38,940 nt of DNA from Neoconidiobolus thromboides FSU 785 (lineage: Eukaryota; Fungi; Entomophthoromycota): positions 1-38,940 of the forward strand of contig MU626438.1 of NCBI GenBank assembly GCA_025603075.1, written 5' to 3'. A model generated the notes under the pieces. It saw only the letters and a list, made by a program, of their open reading frames with translations, was not told where the DNA came from and did no database searches. Below are positions 22,901-32,344 of the stretch, in pieces. The stretch's first letter is position 1. Every line of letters begins with the position of its first letter. Made by a program: the position numbers and the translations under genes.

Positions 22901-23265
22901 ATAATAATAATAGCTATAATAGTAATAGCTATAATAGTAATAGCTATAATAATAATTATAACAGTAATTATAATATCAGTACTAGCTCTATTGTACCACC
23001 CCCATTACCGAATAAACCATTAGACATGCCAAGTAATTATACATCGAATTTACCGCCACCTTTACCATCAAGGATACAAAGTCAGCCACCAATTCAACCT
23101 AATTTTGAAGGATTTTCATTTCCACAACCTAATGTACCAACAAATAGTAATAATACTTATCAACAACCAATTCCAGTAGTAAATAATAATAATTATAAAC
23201 CATTCCCTGCACCCGAAGAGAAAAAGAAAAAGAAAAAAAATCCGTTTAAATTCTTGGACTTTTAA
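19918..23265 (+). CDS. N-terminal C2-domain protein with long Q/N/S/P-rich tail and PxxP motifs (Inn1/Fic1-like architecture), 1115 aa
   Basis: GRNLPNKDFFKKQDPF..RTKVDKNGGTRPEWN..F..FDD..IG..GEVYLELTFY is a C2 domain of the Inn1/Fic1 type; PPPLPNKP and PPPLPSR occur near the C-terminus. Orthology is inferred from architecture only. Confidence 0.8.
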   Translation: MIKKNDIVVLEILAIQGRNLPNKDFFKKQDPFLTFHIGEQVHRTKVDKNGGTRPEWNNRLRFERLRDPVETIMKIKCFDDEWKRKEQFIGECAVDLGPVYKTGECDGWFKLYDRGNPAGEVYLELTFYTQNGIAKKYAQGVETLAMVPEVKTSPPSKPITGPQPINSPGNTVKANNIDSLNNQKTTLDDKNQTEVVDLEKVQPVNVVQTPSNIQDMSTPDIPNVNAISSVKVDETHSGQEEKIDNEKSSNSKPEGVVINQSSTVEGLTQSLQSININDQASSPNTSEDSNQHPNKIVSGITGNIGEIAAPLKANDFTPPSDNTGSIKNESKNHLNPSQPSEGNMINQYHNQAVDHHQQKLEEAKQTDVQIVNEPYIPAHISANVAAGIANAAASNAHFNQNEVTTTPSDIPQSSFQAQLKAQLEARKNKQNLQHVTNQDNVSTHPHLVENEVPSNDRINSSINNTENQISSPQVSQMYPINISPTTQVNHVTQAQNNPIYNPLQIHQNTHDIQLNSQKVNQEQFSQDHHAKLISNNAIVAETHSITSQEQNPALNENHAPSTVTSPQNQVYQNIVPVGQQVHTQNTVYNTDNSTSINQPSSSSHQAQTSAENIVTNQLQPSMDQQIQAIPDSLVQSTHISQTPLTHPINQNVTNNQSYPILSTAKPQQQAHIQAHVVSQTQDIVTQAQNVTSNQGHSILPTVEPHQQIYTQAHNVSPQTQNITSNQSQPISSTAVSQQQVHVQTHNIPPQPQSSISGSQNSSLYQNQVNQSSPPIDHYSQQNQGQVPYKPVQHQNSINNNELNYNQNTNIPHSLQISTNTTQVYANNSQSQPHLSSHPTTSVTQVNIHGQAQTVSQLNHSITGKPNMDSPIGSPYYTTPYYNSSSYQSPVYNNNETLTGGGVYNTGPIYPPAINYTEVQQQPLGFVFNQVYHPPPAMAYPPNKYSTNNTFAPQPPVSVSNYIPNSNTNTNNYTPNTNSYNNYNHNSNSYSSSHSHNNNSYNSNSYNSNSYNNNYNSNYNISTSSIVPPPLPNKPLDMPSNYTSNLPPPLPSRIQSQPPIQPNFEGFSFPQPNVPTNSNNTYQQPIPVVNNNNYKPFPAPEEKKKKKKNPFKFLDF
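21868..22173 (+). repeat. Three degenerate 32-38-aa tandem coding repeats (N[VI]T[NS]NQ...QQ..Q[AT]H...Q.Q)
   Basis: NVTNNQSYPILSTAKPQQQAHIQAHVVSQTQ.../NVTSNQGHSILPTVEPHQQIYTQAHNVSPQTQ/NITSNQSQPISSTAVSQQQVHVQTHNIPPQPQ in the translated ORF. Confidence 0.8.
22909..22950 (+). repeat. 15-bp coding tandem repeat (AATAGCTATAATAGT)x~2.8 encoding NSYNS
   Basis: Read directly; lies in the N/S/Y-rich segment. Confidence 0.85.
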
Positions 23266-23933
23266 AAAGAGATTTTGCTAACATTATTACAATATATTCC
23301 TTACGTTTTTGATATTTTTAATAAACTGTTATTTTAATAATATTGTATTTTTTATTATAACTATATATAAAAATACAAGAATCAGATTAAAGAGAAAGTA
23401 AATTCATTTTAAAAATAATTTGCATCTGATAATATAAAACTATAAATAGGTGTAACTAAAGGAAGTCAATGGAACAATGTTAATTCATATTTACAGTTTA
23501 CTTTGAAAACTTAATAGCAGTAAATATGTTTTTGTGATATGAAAATTATATTATTATTTTTGTTTAAACAGTTTATGAACTTATTATAATTATGAATTAT
23601 AGTATAATTGGTCATTCAAAGTACAAATTATTTTGGAACTAATCATTCAAAGAAATAACTTGTTTAAGTCTAGATTCAAAAATCAAATGATTAAATAAAG
23701 ACAATTAAAGTAAAAGTAAGTTAAAATAATGTTACAATGTGATTATGTAATTTATTTAAATATTATATTTATTTTATTTAAAACAATTGTACTTTATATA
23801 GTTATATTTAGAATCAGTTGATTTCTTTTAGAGAATATGGTTTTAGAAATAAAGTCATAATAAACCGATACATAAATCAAGTATAAAGTATATAAATAAA
23901 CCAAATATTAGAACACTTTTGTAAAACACAATA

Positions 23934-24992
23934 ATGAAGTATTTGCTATTAATCTCTATTTTATTAAATTTAGTATTGTCAAACAATAATTTAAGATTAA
24001 TTAAATTAAATGAAAAAGAGGATGGGAAATGGTTAAATGAAGCCCAAATATTTGATTTAATTAAAAATAACATTAATTTTTTTGATATTACTGAACATCC
24101 ACATCCCATTTTGTATACCCCAAACCAACGTAGTAGTAAATTTTATTTTCCAACTAAAACACAGCACAATGTATTGTTAAATAATACTTTTGGTCTAATT
24201 AATCAGCAATTTATGCAAACTTTCTTATCTAATTACTCTTCCTTTCATAATCGTTATTATAAATCAAACCATGGTTTAGATGCTTCAGTTTATTTAAAGC
24301 AGCATATTTCTTTACTACCAAATAATAATAACCTTGTTTTAAATCATTTCAATCACAGTTGGCTTCAACCAAGTGTTATTGCAAAGCTACCTGCAACAAA
24401 CAACGATGAAATCATTGTTATTGGTGCTCATTTAGATTCAATTAACTCAAATAATCCAAGCAACGGTAAAGCCCCTGGTGCTGATGACGATGGAAGTGGT
24501 GTAACTACATTATTAGAGACATTAAGACTTGTTTTAAAAAGTAATTTAAAATTTCAACGTAACATTGAATTCCAATTTTATTCTGCAGAAGAAGTTGGGT
24601 TATTAGGTAGTCAAGACATTGCACAGGATTATAGTAAAAACAACAAAAAAGTAATTGCCATGTTACAATTGGATATGACAGGTTATAATGAAAAGAATAA
24701 AGTTCGAGTTATTAATGATTACACAAATGTGGAATTAACTCAATATTTAAAACTGATTATTCAAAATTATTCTACTTACCCTTGGTTTGATGATAAATGT
24801 GGCTATGCTTGTAGTGATCATGCTTCTTTCAATCGCACTAATTACCCTTCTTGCCGTGCAGCTGAAGATGTAAAAAACTTTCGATTACATACTGAAAACG
24901 ATACTACTCAGTTTCTCAATTATAATCATATGGCAGAATTTGTTAAAATTTCTTTAGGATTTATATTCGAATTAGCTAATCCTATTTTATAA
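23934..24992 (+). CDS. Secreted M28 leucine aminopeptidase, paralog 2 (352 aa, intronless)
   Basis: Signal-peptide-like N-terminus; GAHLDS, GADDDGSG, SAEEVGL, QLDM and CGYACSDH. Confidence 0.93.
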   Translation: MKYLLLISILLNLVLSNNNLRLIKLNEKEDGKWLNEAQIFDLIKNNINFFDITEHPHPILYTPNQRSSKFYFPTKTQHNVLLNNTFGLINQQFMQTFLSNYSSFHNRYYKSNHGLDASVYLKQHISLLPNNNNLVLNHFNHSWLQPSVIAKLPATNNDEIIVIGAHLDSINSNNPSNGKAPGADDDGSGVTTLLETLRLVLKSNLKFQRNIEFQFYSAEEVGLLGSQDIAQDYSKNNKKVIAMLQLDMTGYNEKNKVRVINDYTNVELTQYLKLIIQNYSTYPWFDDKCGYACSDHASFNRTNYPSCRAAEDVKNFRLHTENDTTQFLNYNHMAEFVKISLGFIFELANPIL

Positions 24993-25266
24993 TTTTAATA
25001 AAAATTATATCAAATTTATTATTATGGTTCATTATTCTATAATTTTGATTAGATAATATTTTCATTATTTTAACTTCTTTTCTAAATAGAATTTGATATT
25101 TATTATTAAATAGTAGAATAATTAATTTTGTATTTTAAAACTTTAATATAGTATTACTGGATTATAACATTACAATAAATACAAATACTTTTTCTTTACA
25201 AAAGGGCTTATATATTCAACTTTAATAAACTAAACGATCAAACTAATTGAAGATAATATTAATAGA

Positions 25267-25371
25267 AAATGAAGATGTTTTTTAGTTTTATTACTTTTTC
25301 CATCTTTTAAGCGCTATTTGAGTGGAAAAATTGTTAGTAAAATTCTTAAATACAAAAATACATTCCCAAAT
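25267..25371 (-). mobile_element. MITE-like element
   Basis: Family core aagcgctatttgagtggaaaaattgttagtaaaattcttaaatacaaaaatacattcccaaat. Confidence 0.9.
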
Positions 25372-26214
25372 AATACTTGAATAATTCTAAATAAGGTAAA
25401 TTTTGAATTTATAACAATGGATCTTAGCGATAAAATAAATAGGTATTATTTTTATAATGCTTTGATATGCAACATTTTGTATATTATAAAGCAAATAATT
25501 ATTATTTAAATATAGTAATAAAATCATTTTAAGTTATATTTTAGCAAGTTGAGAATAAACAAACATGAATCATAATGATTATTTGTAATAAAACTATTAT
25601 GAGTAAATTTGAGCTCAAGGCTTAACTTTTTTCCAATTTAATATTTATTGCAAAAAAAGTAAATTAAGCACAAATACCAAGAAAGTGAAGGTGACTGACT
25701 CTTCTTTGTTGAATAAAGCAGGGTTTTTATTAATATTTTAAACTACTTTAAATATATATAAATTAATAAAAAAAAAGTATATTTTTTTTGATTTTTGACT
25801 TAGTCTTTGAAATTTCACGAGTCAAAACCTCAAATTTATAAAAAAATATTTCAGCTTTTAACTTGCCTTTAAACTCACCGATTTTATAAAAAATAAGCCA
25901 ATAATCTCAATAGCTTTATGTGTATGTAATATATTCTAGTTTAATCAAATAGATCACAAAAAAAGGGTCTAAATTATTTATTTACTAAAACCAAATTTAA
26001 TTAAAATAATACCTATTTAAAATCCCTATTATCATTACACTATGAAATCAATACCCGCTTAATATATCGTTTAAAGTTAATAGAAATGCGATGTTTTTAA
26101 AAAATAATAGATATGACCTAACTTCTTATCTTAAGAATAAATTATGAGTTACTAGTTACTAGTATTTAAACAAAGGTAATACTCATCTAATTTTATTTTT
26201 TAAACTTTTATAAA

Positions 26215-27527
26215 ATGGATAAAGATAAATTTGATATTGAAATACCAAACGTAGAAAGCAAAGAAAAGGGAAGCAGTTTTGGTGCCTATTTTAATATTGT
26301 GTGTGCTGTAGCTGGTACTGGTACTTTGGGTTTACCATATGCTATTAAAATTGGTGGTTGGTTAAGTATGCTAATTTTTTTACTGGTTGGGGTCCTTGCC
26401 ATTTACACCTCAAAATTATTAATTGAATGTCTTTATTATAAACCGTAAGTAATTCTATTTCAGTTTTTAGTGCTATACTAATTATACTTATTAGGGGGCA
26501 TAGGTTAGATCATTTCGCTGACATAGGAGAAGTATCTTTCGGAAAATTTGGCAAATACTTCATATTATTATTTAACTCTTTGATATTACTTTTATGCTCT
26601 TCCATCTATATTCTACTTACTGGTATTAATGTACGTACACTGGTTACACAATTTTACGGGGAGCAAGTTTTGTCTGACCAATTGTATATATTAATATGTG
26701 GAATAGGAATTATAATTCCCTGTATATTCTGCAAAACATTAAAAGAAGTCGCGCTATTAGCCTTATTTGGGACATTAGCAACTGTTGTCTTAGTTATTTG
26801 CGTAATTATTTTAGGTGGTATACAATATTCTCATCCTGATTTTACCCCATCTGAGCATACTTTATTTGATTTATCTGGGTTTCCAATAGCTTTAGTAACG
26901 ATTACTTTTTCATATGGTGGTAATGTTGTGTATCCACAAGTTGAGGCTACTATGCGCAATCCAAAAGCATGGAATAAAGTGATGGTCTTATCAGTATTAA
27001 CGATTACTTTGTTATACTCCCTTATTTCAGGTATAAGCTACTTTTATTACGGAAATTTGGTTACTTCCCCTATCTTGGACTCATTGCCTCCAGTAGCTGG
27101 TACTCAAGTATGTTATATAATGATAACTATACATGTCATATTAGCCACCCCAATCTACATGTGTACTTTTTGCTATGAACAAGAAATGGCATTAAAAATC
27201 GATACAAAGCATATGAGCAAAAAGAAGGAATTAGTTTATAGGACTATTTTACGTAGTTTTGTAGGAACTATACTGATCTTAATTGCTATGTATATACCCT
27301 TTTTTGAGGACCTCACTGCTTTAGTAGGCTCAATTACTGATTGTGTTATTATCTATCTTGTGCCTTTGGCATGCCACTATAAATTATTTGGCTGGCGCGG
27401 TAGAAAATGGTATGAATATATATTAAGTGTATTAACTGTAATAGTTGGTCTAACTGGGTTAATACTTGGTACTAAAGATGCTGTGTTAAATTTGATTGAT
27501 GATTTTCAAGGCATAAAAAATAAATAA
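26215..27527 (+). CDS. Aa_trans/AVT1-like amino acid transporter, paralog 2; exons 26215-26444 and 26495-27527
   Basis: SSFGAYFNIVCAVAGTGTLGLPYA; a 50-nt intron (GTAAGT..ACTAAT..TAG) gives YKP|GHRLDHFADIGEVSFG, in frame with the 26580 ORF. Confidence 0.92.
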
Positions 27528-27563
27528 AGATAAAGTTAACTACTGTTTATTATTAATTATTAT

Positions 27564-28898
27564 CTATTTGTTTCCTTGAAAAGCTTTTATAAGGTTCGAA
27601 ACCGCATCAATTGACCCTAATACTAACCCTAAAGCTCCTACAATAATACATAGTGGCGCCAGGATATAGTCATAGAATGGTCGTTTTTTAAACCCAAACA
27701 GTTTAAAATGACATATAACTGGAATTAAAAATATAATTAAGCAATTAGACACTGCACCAATTAAAGCCATGAGATCATTGAAATATGGGACATACATTGC
27801 TATAACTGTTAAGATAATACCAAAAAAGGAGCGCAAAAGGACACGATATACAAATTCTTTTTTAGGAGACATAAATTCAGTATCAATTTTTAGCCACCTT
27901 TCTTGCTCTAAGCAAAATGAACACAAATAAATAGGAGATGCTAAAATTACATGAATCGTAATAAGAATAGAAGCTACTAATGCACCAGGGCCTTTTTGTA
28001 AAGAATCGAGCACTGGAGACTTTACATTTTCACCATAAAAGACATATCCAGAAACAGCGACCACAATATACATACATGTTATTGATAAAATGGCCAATCC
28101 CATAACTTTATTCCATGCTTTTGGATTACGCATAGTAGCCTCTACATGGGGATATACAACATTACCGCCGTATGAAAAAGCAATAGTAGCAAGAGCGATT
28201 GGTAATCCTGACCAATTTACAACTTGTAAATCAGGTCTTACATAGTTTGGATCATAATACTGCATAGCGCCTAAAATAACTACACATAGTACCACTACTA
28301 ATGTTGCTACTGCACCGAATGCTGCTAATATCGCGATTTCCTTTAAAGTTTTTAAGCATGCGGTGGGGATAATAATGATAACTCCACTTATCAATATCCA
28401 TAATTTCAAAGAAATAAGCTCATCGCCATAGTAGTTTACCAAAAATGAATGTAAGTTTAAACCAGTAAGTAATATATAAATACAGGTACTTGATAATGAA
28501 ATTATGTAATGGAATATTTTAACGAAATATCTCCCGAATTTCCCAAAAGCAGCTTCACCAATATCTGGGTATTCTTCAAGCCTTATACCACTAATAAAAA
28601 TATTAGTAGACAGTTTCAAATGTTAAAATTTTACTCACGGTTTGCAGTATAGACATTCAATTAATAATTTTGAAGTATAAACAGCGAGACATGCAGCTAT
28701 TACAAATAAAACTAATGTAATGTGGCCACCTAACGACATAGCATATGGTAATCCTAAAGTACCAGTACCAGCGACAACACACACAATATTAAAATAGGCC
28801 CCATAGCTAGACCCGGTGCCTTTGCGAGGAACTTTGCTATCGTTATTATCGTGGGCATTTGAAAACTTTTCTACAAATTCATCGCCGCTTGCACCCAT
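27564..28898 (-). CDS. Aa_trans/AVT1-like amino acid transporter, paralog 3; exons 28898-28639 and 28590-27564
   Basis: SSYGAYFNIVCVVAGTGTLGLPYA; a 48-nt GTGAGT..TAG intron gives CKP|GIRLEEYPDIGEAAFG. Confidence 0.92.
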
Positions 28899-29694
28899 TT
28901 CCCTTTATTAAGTAATTAAATTTGTTGAAATATAAAATGTTTACTTAATCACTCAAGCTATTTATACTATTCTTATTTAATTATTTTCTAACCACTAATC
29001 TACTTTATTTCTAAAAAAATCTCGGTGTACTCTGAATTCAATCTAATCTATCAATTAACATTACATTTATAGTAATTATCTTATTTCTATAAAGAATATT
29101 CGTAATGCAGGCATAAAAAGATCCCAATTTTGAAGCTAAATAAGCCAATTAATCCACACTAGTATACCCTATAAGTTAATTTTATTGGAAAAATTGGAAT
29201 TATTCGAATGACAGGAATTTTAGCTATTTAAATAAGTCAAAACCACAATTCATTAAGATAAATATTAGTTTATTATAAAACATTAGTCACGTTTATAATA
29301 TTCTTTGGCTTAATATTTGAATACTATATTGGGCTTTATTATAGACTCCTGTAGTTTTTCAGATTAGAGAAAGATAGTCAGCTTACTCATTGTGATGGTT
29401 ACTTTTAATCAATCAGTTGTTATTTTCTTGTGATGCTTACATATTTTTAACCTTTCACGATTATAGAAAGAAAAAAATCTAAACAAAATATATAGGTAGG
29501 TAGTTTTATAGTGGAGTTCTTTATTTGTTACAATCGTATTCTTATTTGGCTTTAAGAATCGCATAACTTCAGTATAAAACTACTCATCTATATTAGATAT
29601 TTCTCCTGTTGCATTAAGGTACCTTTACCTTAAGTTTGTCCAAAATAAACTACAGAAACTTTTAAAAAAACCCCCACTATATTTGAATTAAAAT

Positions 29695-29799
29695 ATACAG
29701 GGATGTATTTTTGTATTTAAAAGTTTTATCAATAATTTTTCTACTCAAATAGCGCTTAAAAAATGGAAAAAGTATGAAACCAAAAAAACATCACCATGT
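29695..29799 (+). mobile_element. MITE-like element
   Basis: cagggatgtatttttgtatttaa...agcgcttaaaaaatggaaaaag...catcaccatgt. Confidence 0.88.
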
Positions 29800-30081
29800 G
29801 TATTTCAAAGCTTTAAGCTAATTAAATCGCAAATGTTTTAAATTTATAAATGGTTTATTTAACTTTTATAAATGATGTCATAATAAAAATTTAAAAAACA
29901 AATTAAAAAACTTAAATTAAAAAATAAGACTTTTATTTTTAATAAAAAAACTCTTTCATATATAAGATATAAACTTTAAATTTTTAAATTTATGTTTTAA
30001 AATAATAATAAAAATTGGTTTTTAAAAATTTATAAAAATTTAATGAAATAAGCGTATAATTTAATTTAGATATAATAATAA

Positions 30082-30186
30082 ATATGGGGATTTTTTTTTG
30101 ATTCATTACTTTTTCTATCTTTTAAACGCTATTTAAGTGGGAAGATTATTAGTAAAATTGTTAAATGAAAAAATACATCCCTATAT
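30082..30186 (-). mobile_element. MITE-like element
   Basis: atatggggattttt...family core...aatacatccctatat. Confidence 0.88.
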
Positions 30187-30384
30187 ATCTATTATAGTAA
30201 TACAATCCAAATTTGTTATAAATATAAAAGCTATCGTTTTTAAAATCATTATATTTTAATTAAAAACACTGAAATAATATTACTTATACAACTTAATTTA
30301 AATAAAAAAGTTTTAGAATTAACTCGAACTTTCAATAGTTCTAAATAATTTAACAAAGCAATACAAACTACAAAAGCTAACTTT

Positions 30385-30491
30385 GTATGGGGATGTACTT
30401 TTGTATTTGAGAATTTTACTAATAACTTTTCCACTTAAATAGCGCTTAAAAAATGGAAAAAATAATGAAACTAATAAAAACATCACCATAT
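30385..30491 (+). mobile_element. MITE-like element, left arm of a head-to-head pair
   Basis: tatggggatgtacttttg...catcaccatat; shares ATAT 30488-30491 with the next copy. Confidence 0.92.
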
Positions 30492-30592
30492 GGGAAGTTT
30501 TTTTGACTTCACTATTTTTTCCATTTTTTAAGCGCTATTTAAGTGGAAAAGTTATTAGTAAAATTCTCAAATACAAAAGTACATCCCCATAT
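30488..30592 (-). mobile_element. MITE-like element, right arm of a head-to-head pair
   Basis: atatgggaag...caaaagtacatccccatat; 30513-30591 is the exact reverse complement of 30386-30464. Confidence 0.92.
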
Positions 30593-30607
30593 AAATATTT
30601 GTATAAT

Positions 30608-30713
30608 ATATGAGGATGTTTTTTTGGCTTCATTGCCTTTTCTATCTTTTAAGCATTATTCGAGTGGAAAAATTGTTAATAAAATTCTTAAATACAAAAA
30701 TGCATACCCATAT
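30608..30713 (-). mobile_element. MITE-like element
   Basis: atatgaggatgttttt...family core...tgcatacccatat. Confidence 0.88.
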
Positions 30714-31172
30714 ACCAGATTTATAAGCGCTTTCATATGTATTTATTTGAAGAGAAAATAGTTAAACAAGCTTAAATAAAAAGTAAAAATTAAAATTTTT
30801 CACTATGACTTAAGTTAATTCGCAGCTTTATTGAAGCTACTACTGGATGTATTGTTTGGCACGGCTATTATTTAAATATTTAGAATGTGATGTAAAAGGA
30901 GATTTTAGTGTAAATTTAACATCAAATAACTTTTAATACTTCTGAAATATGTCTAATGATCAGTATTTATTTATGTGGGGCTTTTTTTGAAGCTAAAAAA
31001 TCCTTTTATCATCATCCTGCTGTTTTTTAAAATTGCTTTATTTTTTGCGTTTTTGTTGTTCAATCTATTAATCTTGAAAAAACATAAATTCGGCGAAAAA
31101 TTAAAATAGAAAATGACAATGTAAATATATAAAATAAGTCTATAGATAATATTTATTATAAGTGATAAGAGA

Positions 31173-32297
31173 CTACATTAATTTTTTGATAGAAGCGGCA
31201 ATATCACCGAAATTATCTTTGATAAATCCTTTCGCAAGGTCACGACTTTCCTTTAAAACTTGTTTACGGACACCACTAAGGATAACTAATTTTTCATCAT
31301 ATTTAGCACCTTTGTATTCATTTAAGATCGCTTCATCTGCAGTAGGACCTAAAATAGCATTAGTAGTAGCAGCCAAAACTAAGCCTGCATATGGAATGGC
31401 ACTAATTCCAGAAGTTACGGCTGTTCTCATATATTTTAAAGCTTTGTTACTATAAGCCATTTTAGACGCATTAATCAAAGGTAAATTTTCAAGACATGAG
31501 GCTAAAGTAGCTGCTTCATTTGACCATTTACTTGATCCACAAAAATAACCACGATCTTTTTCATAACTCGTACCCCAATAACCACAAGAAGATTTAGTTT
31601 CCGAATTTGGTATTAATCTGAAACAATTGCTAAAATCGTGTGGCATGGCAGCAGTTTGCAGTACGTCATTAGCCAATAGGCAAATCTTATCAATACCTAA
31701 TGCATGGTCATCAGATTGAATTGTTTGTGCGTCTTTATTATATAACTTAGTATTGTTTAAGATTTTAGTGACTATACTTTCAGTCATCTTAATTTGAAAT
31801 ACTTGACGATAGTTACGATCATCTGGATGTAGATTATCCATTGGTACAATAATGGATCTTAAGCCTTGTCTTAAATCCACAGACACATAGTTTAAATTAC
31901 CAATATTAGGTGCTACATATAAGTAATCTCTGGCTTTTTCAGTAGACGAAATTTCCATAGTTTCTAAATTATTCATATCTGCAATGGAATCAGTAGTCTT
32001 GACTCGAAAATTATCAGTACAATATTGACGACAGGTTAAACAACAGGATTCAGTATCACGAAGACAAGTTTTTCCTTGATACCAGCTTCTTGATTCATCA
32101 AAAGTATCTTTTCCTGCTATTGGTACCCAATGGTGTAGCGGTTGACAGTTACGTTGATATTTTGGTGATATATCAACTTCAAACCATACCATACCATTCT
32201 TAAGCTTATAGCATTTCTTATCCAAATAAGCAAGCCCAAGCGGGTTTTGACATAAAGTTGAAACAATAAAAAAGAAGAGAGGTAAAGCTAAAAGCAT
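31173..32297 (-). CDS. Unrecognised secreted Cys-rich protein, paralog A (374 aa, intronless)
   Basis: Long ORF in AT-rich DNA; hydrophobic N-terminal signal-like segment; 12 Cys after the leader; ~80% identical by manual count to 35242-36360. Confidence 0.9.
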   Translation of the reverse strand: MLLALPLFFFIVSTLCQNPLGLAYLDKKCYKLKNGMVWFEVDISPKYQRNCQPLHHWVPIAGKDTFDESRSWYQGKTCLRDTESCCLTCRQYCTDNFRVKTTDSIADMNNLETMEISSTEKARDYLYVAPNIGNLNYVSVDLRQGLRSIIVPMDNLHPDDRNYRQVFQIKMTESIVTKILNNTKLYNKDAQTIQSDDHALGIDKICLLANDVLQTAAMPHDFSNCFRLIPNSETKSSCGYWGTSYEKDRGYFCGSSKWSNEAATLASCLENLPLINASKMAYSNKALKYMRTAVTSGISAIPYAGLVLAATTNAILGPTADEAILNEYKGAKYDEKLVILSGVRKQVLKESRDLAKGFIKDNFGDIAASIKKLM

Positions 32298-32335
32298 TTG
32301 ATTGTTTTGTATATTTTTGAGTCATTTGGATTCCA

Positions 32336-32344
32336 TTATATATA
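32336..32344 (-). promoter_or_regulatory. TATA box (TATATATAA) ~40 nt upstream of paralog A
   Basis: Same sequence, flank (AAAAAAACTATATATAA) and spacing are conserved upstream of paralog B (36401-36409). Confidence 0.6.

Noticed and set aside
6011-24109. Short ORFs antisense or out of frame to real genes (6011, 6679, 8895, 15038, 16822, 16846, 20531, 20918, 22570, 23855)
   Set aside because: They overlap well-supported CDSs, have no recognisable motifs and are mostly under 100 aa.
29290-29640. Partly open minus-strand frame (NATGEISNIDE*FYTEVMRFLKPNK...)
   Set aside because: Interrupted by stops, no family resemblance and no second copy in the window.
30249-30761. Two ORFs both starting MEKLLVKFSNTKVHPH on opposite strands
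   Set aside because: They are the two arms of the MITE palindrome translated from non-ATG starts, not duplicated genes.
31162-31455. Antisense ORF echoed at 35192-35524 (similar peptides in both paralogs)
   Set aside because: Similarity is the shadow of the conserved sense-strand genes; starts and ends are not conserved.
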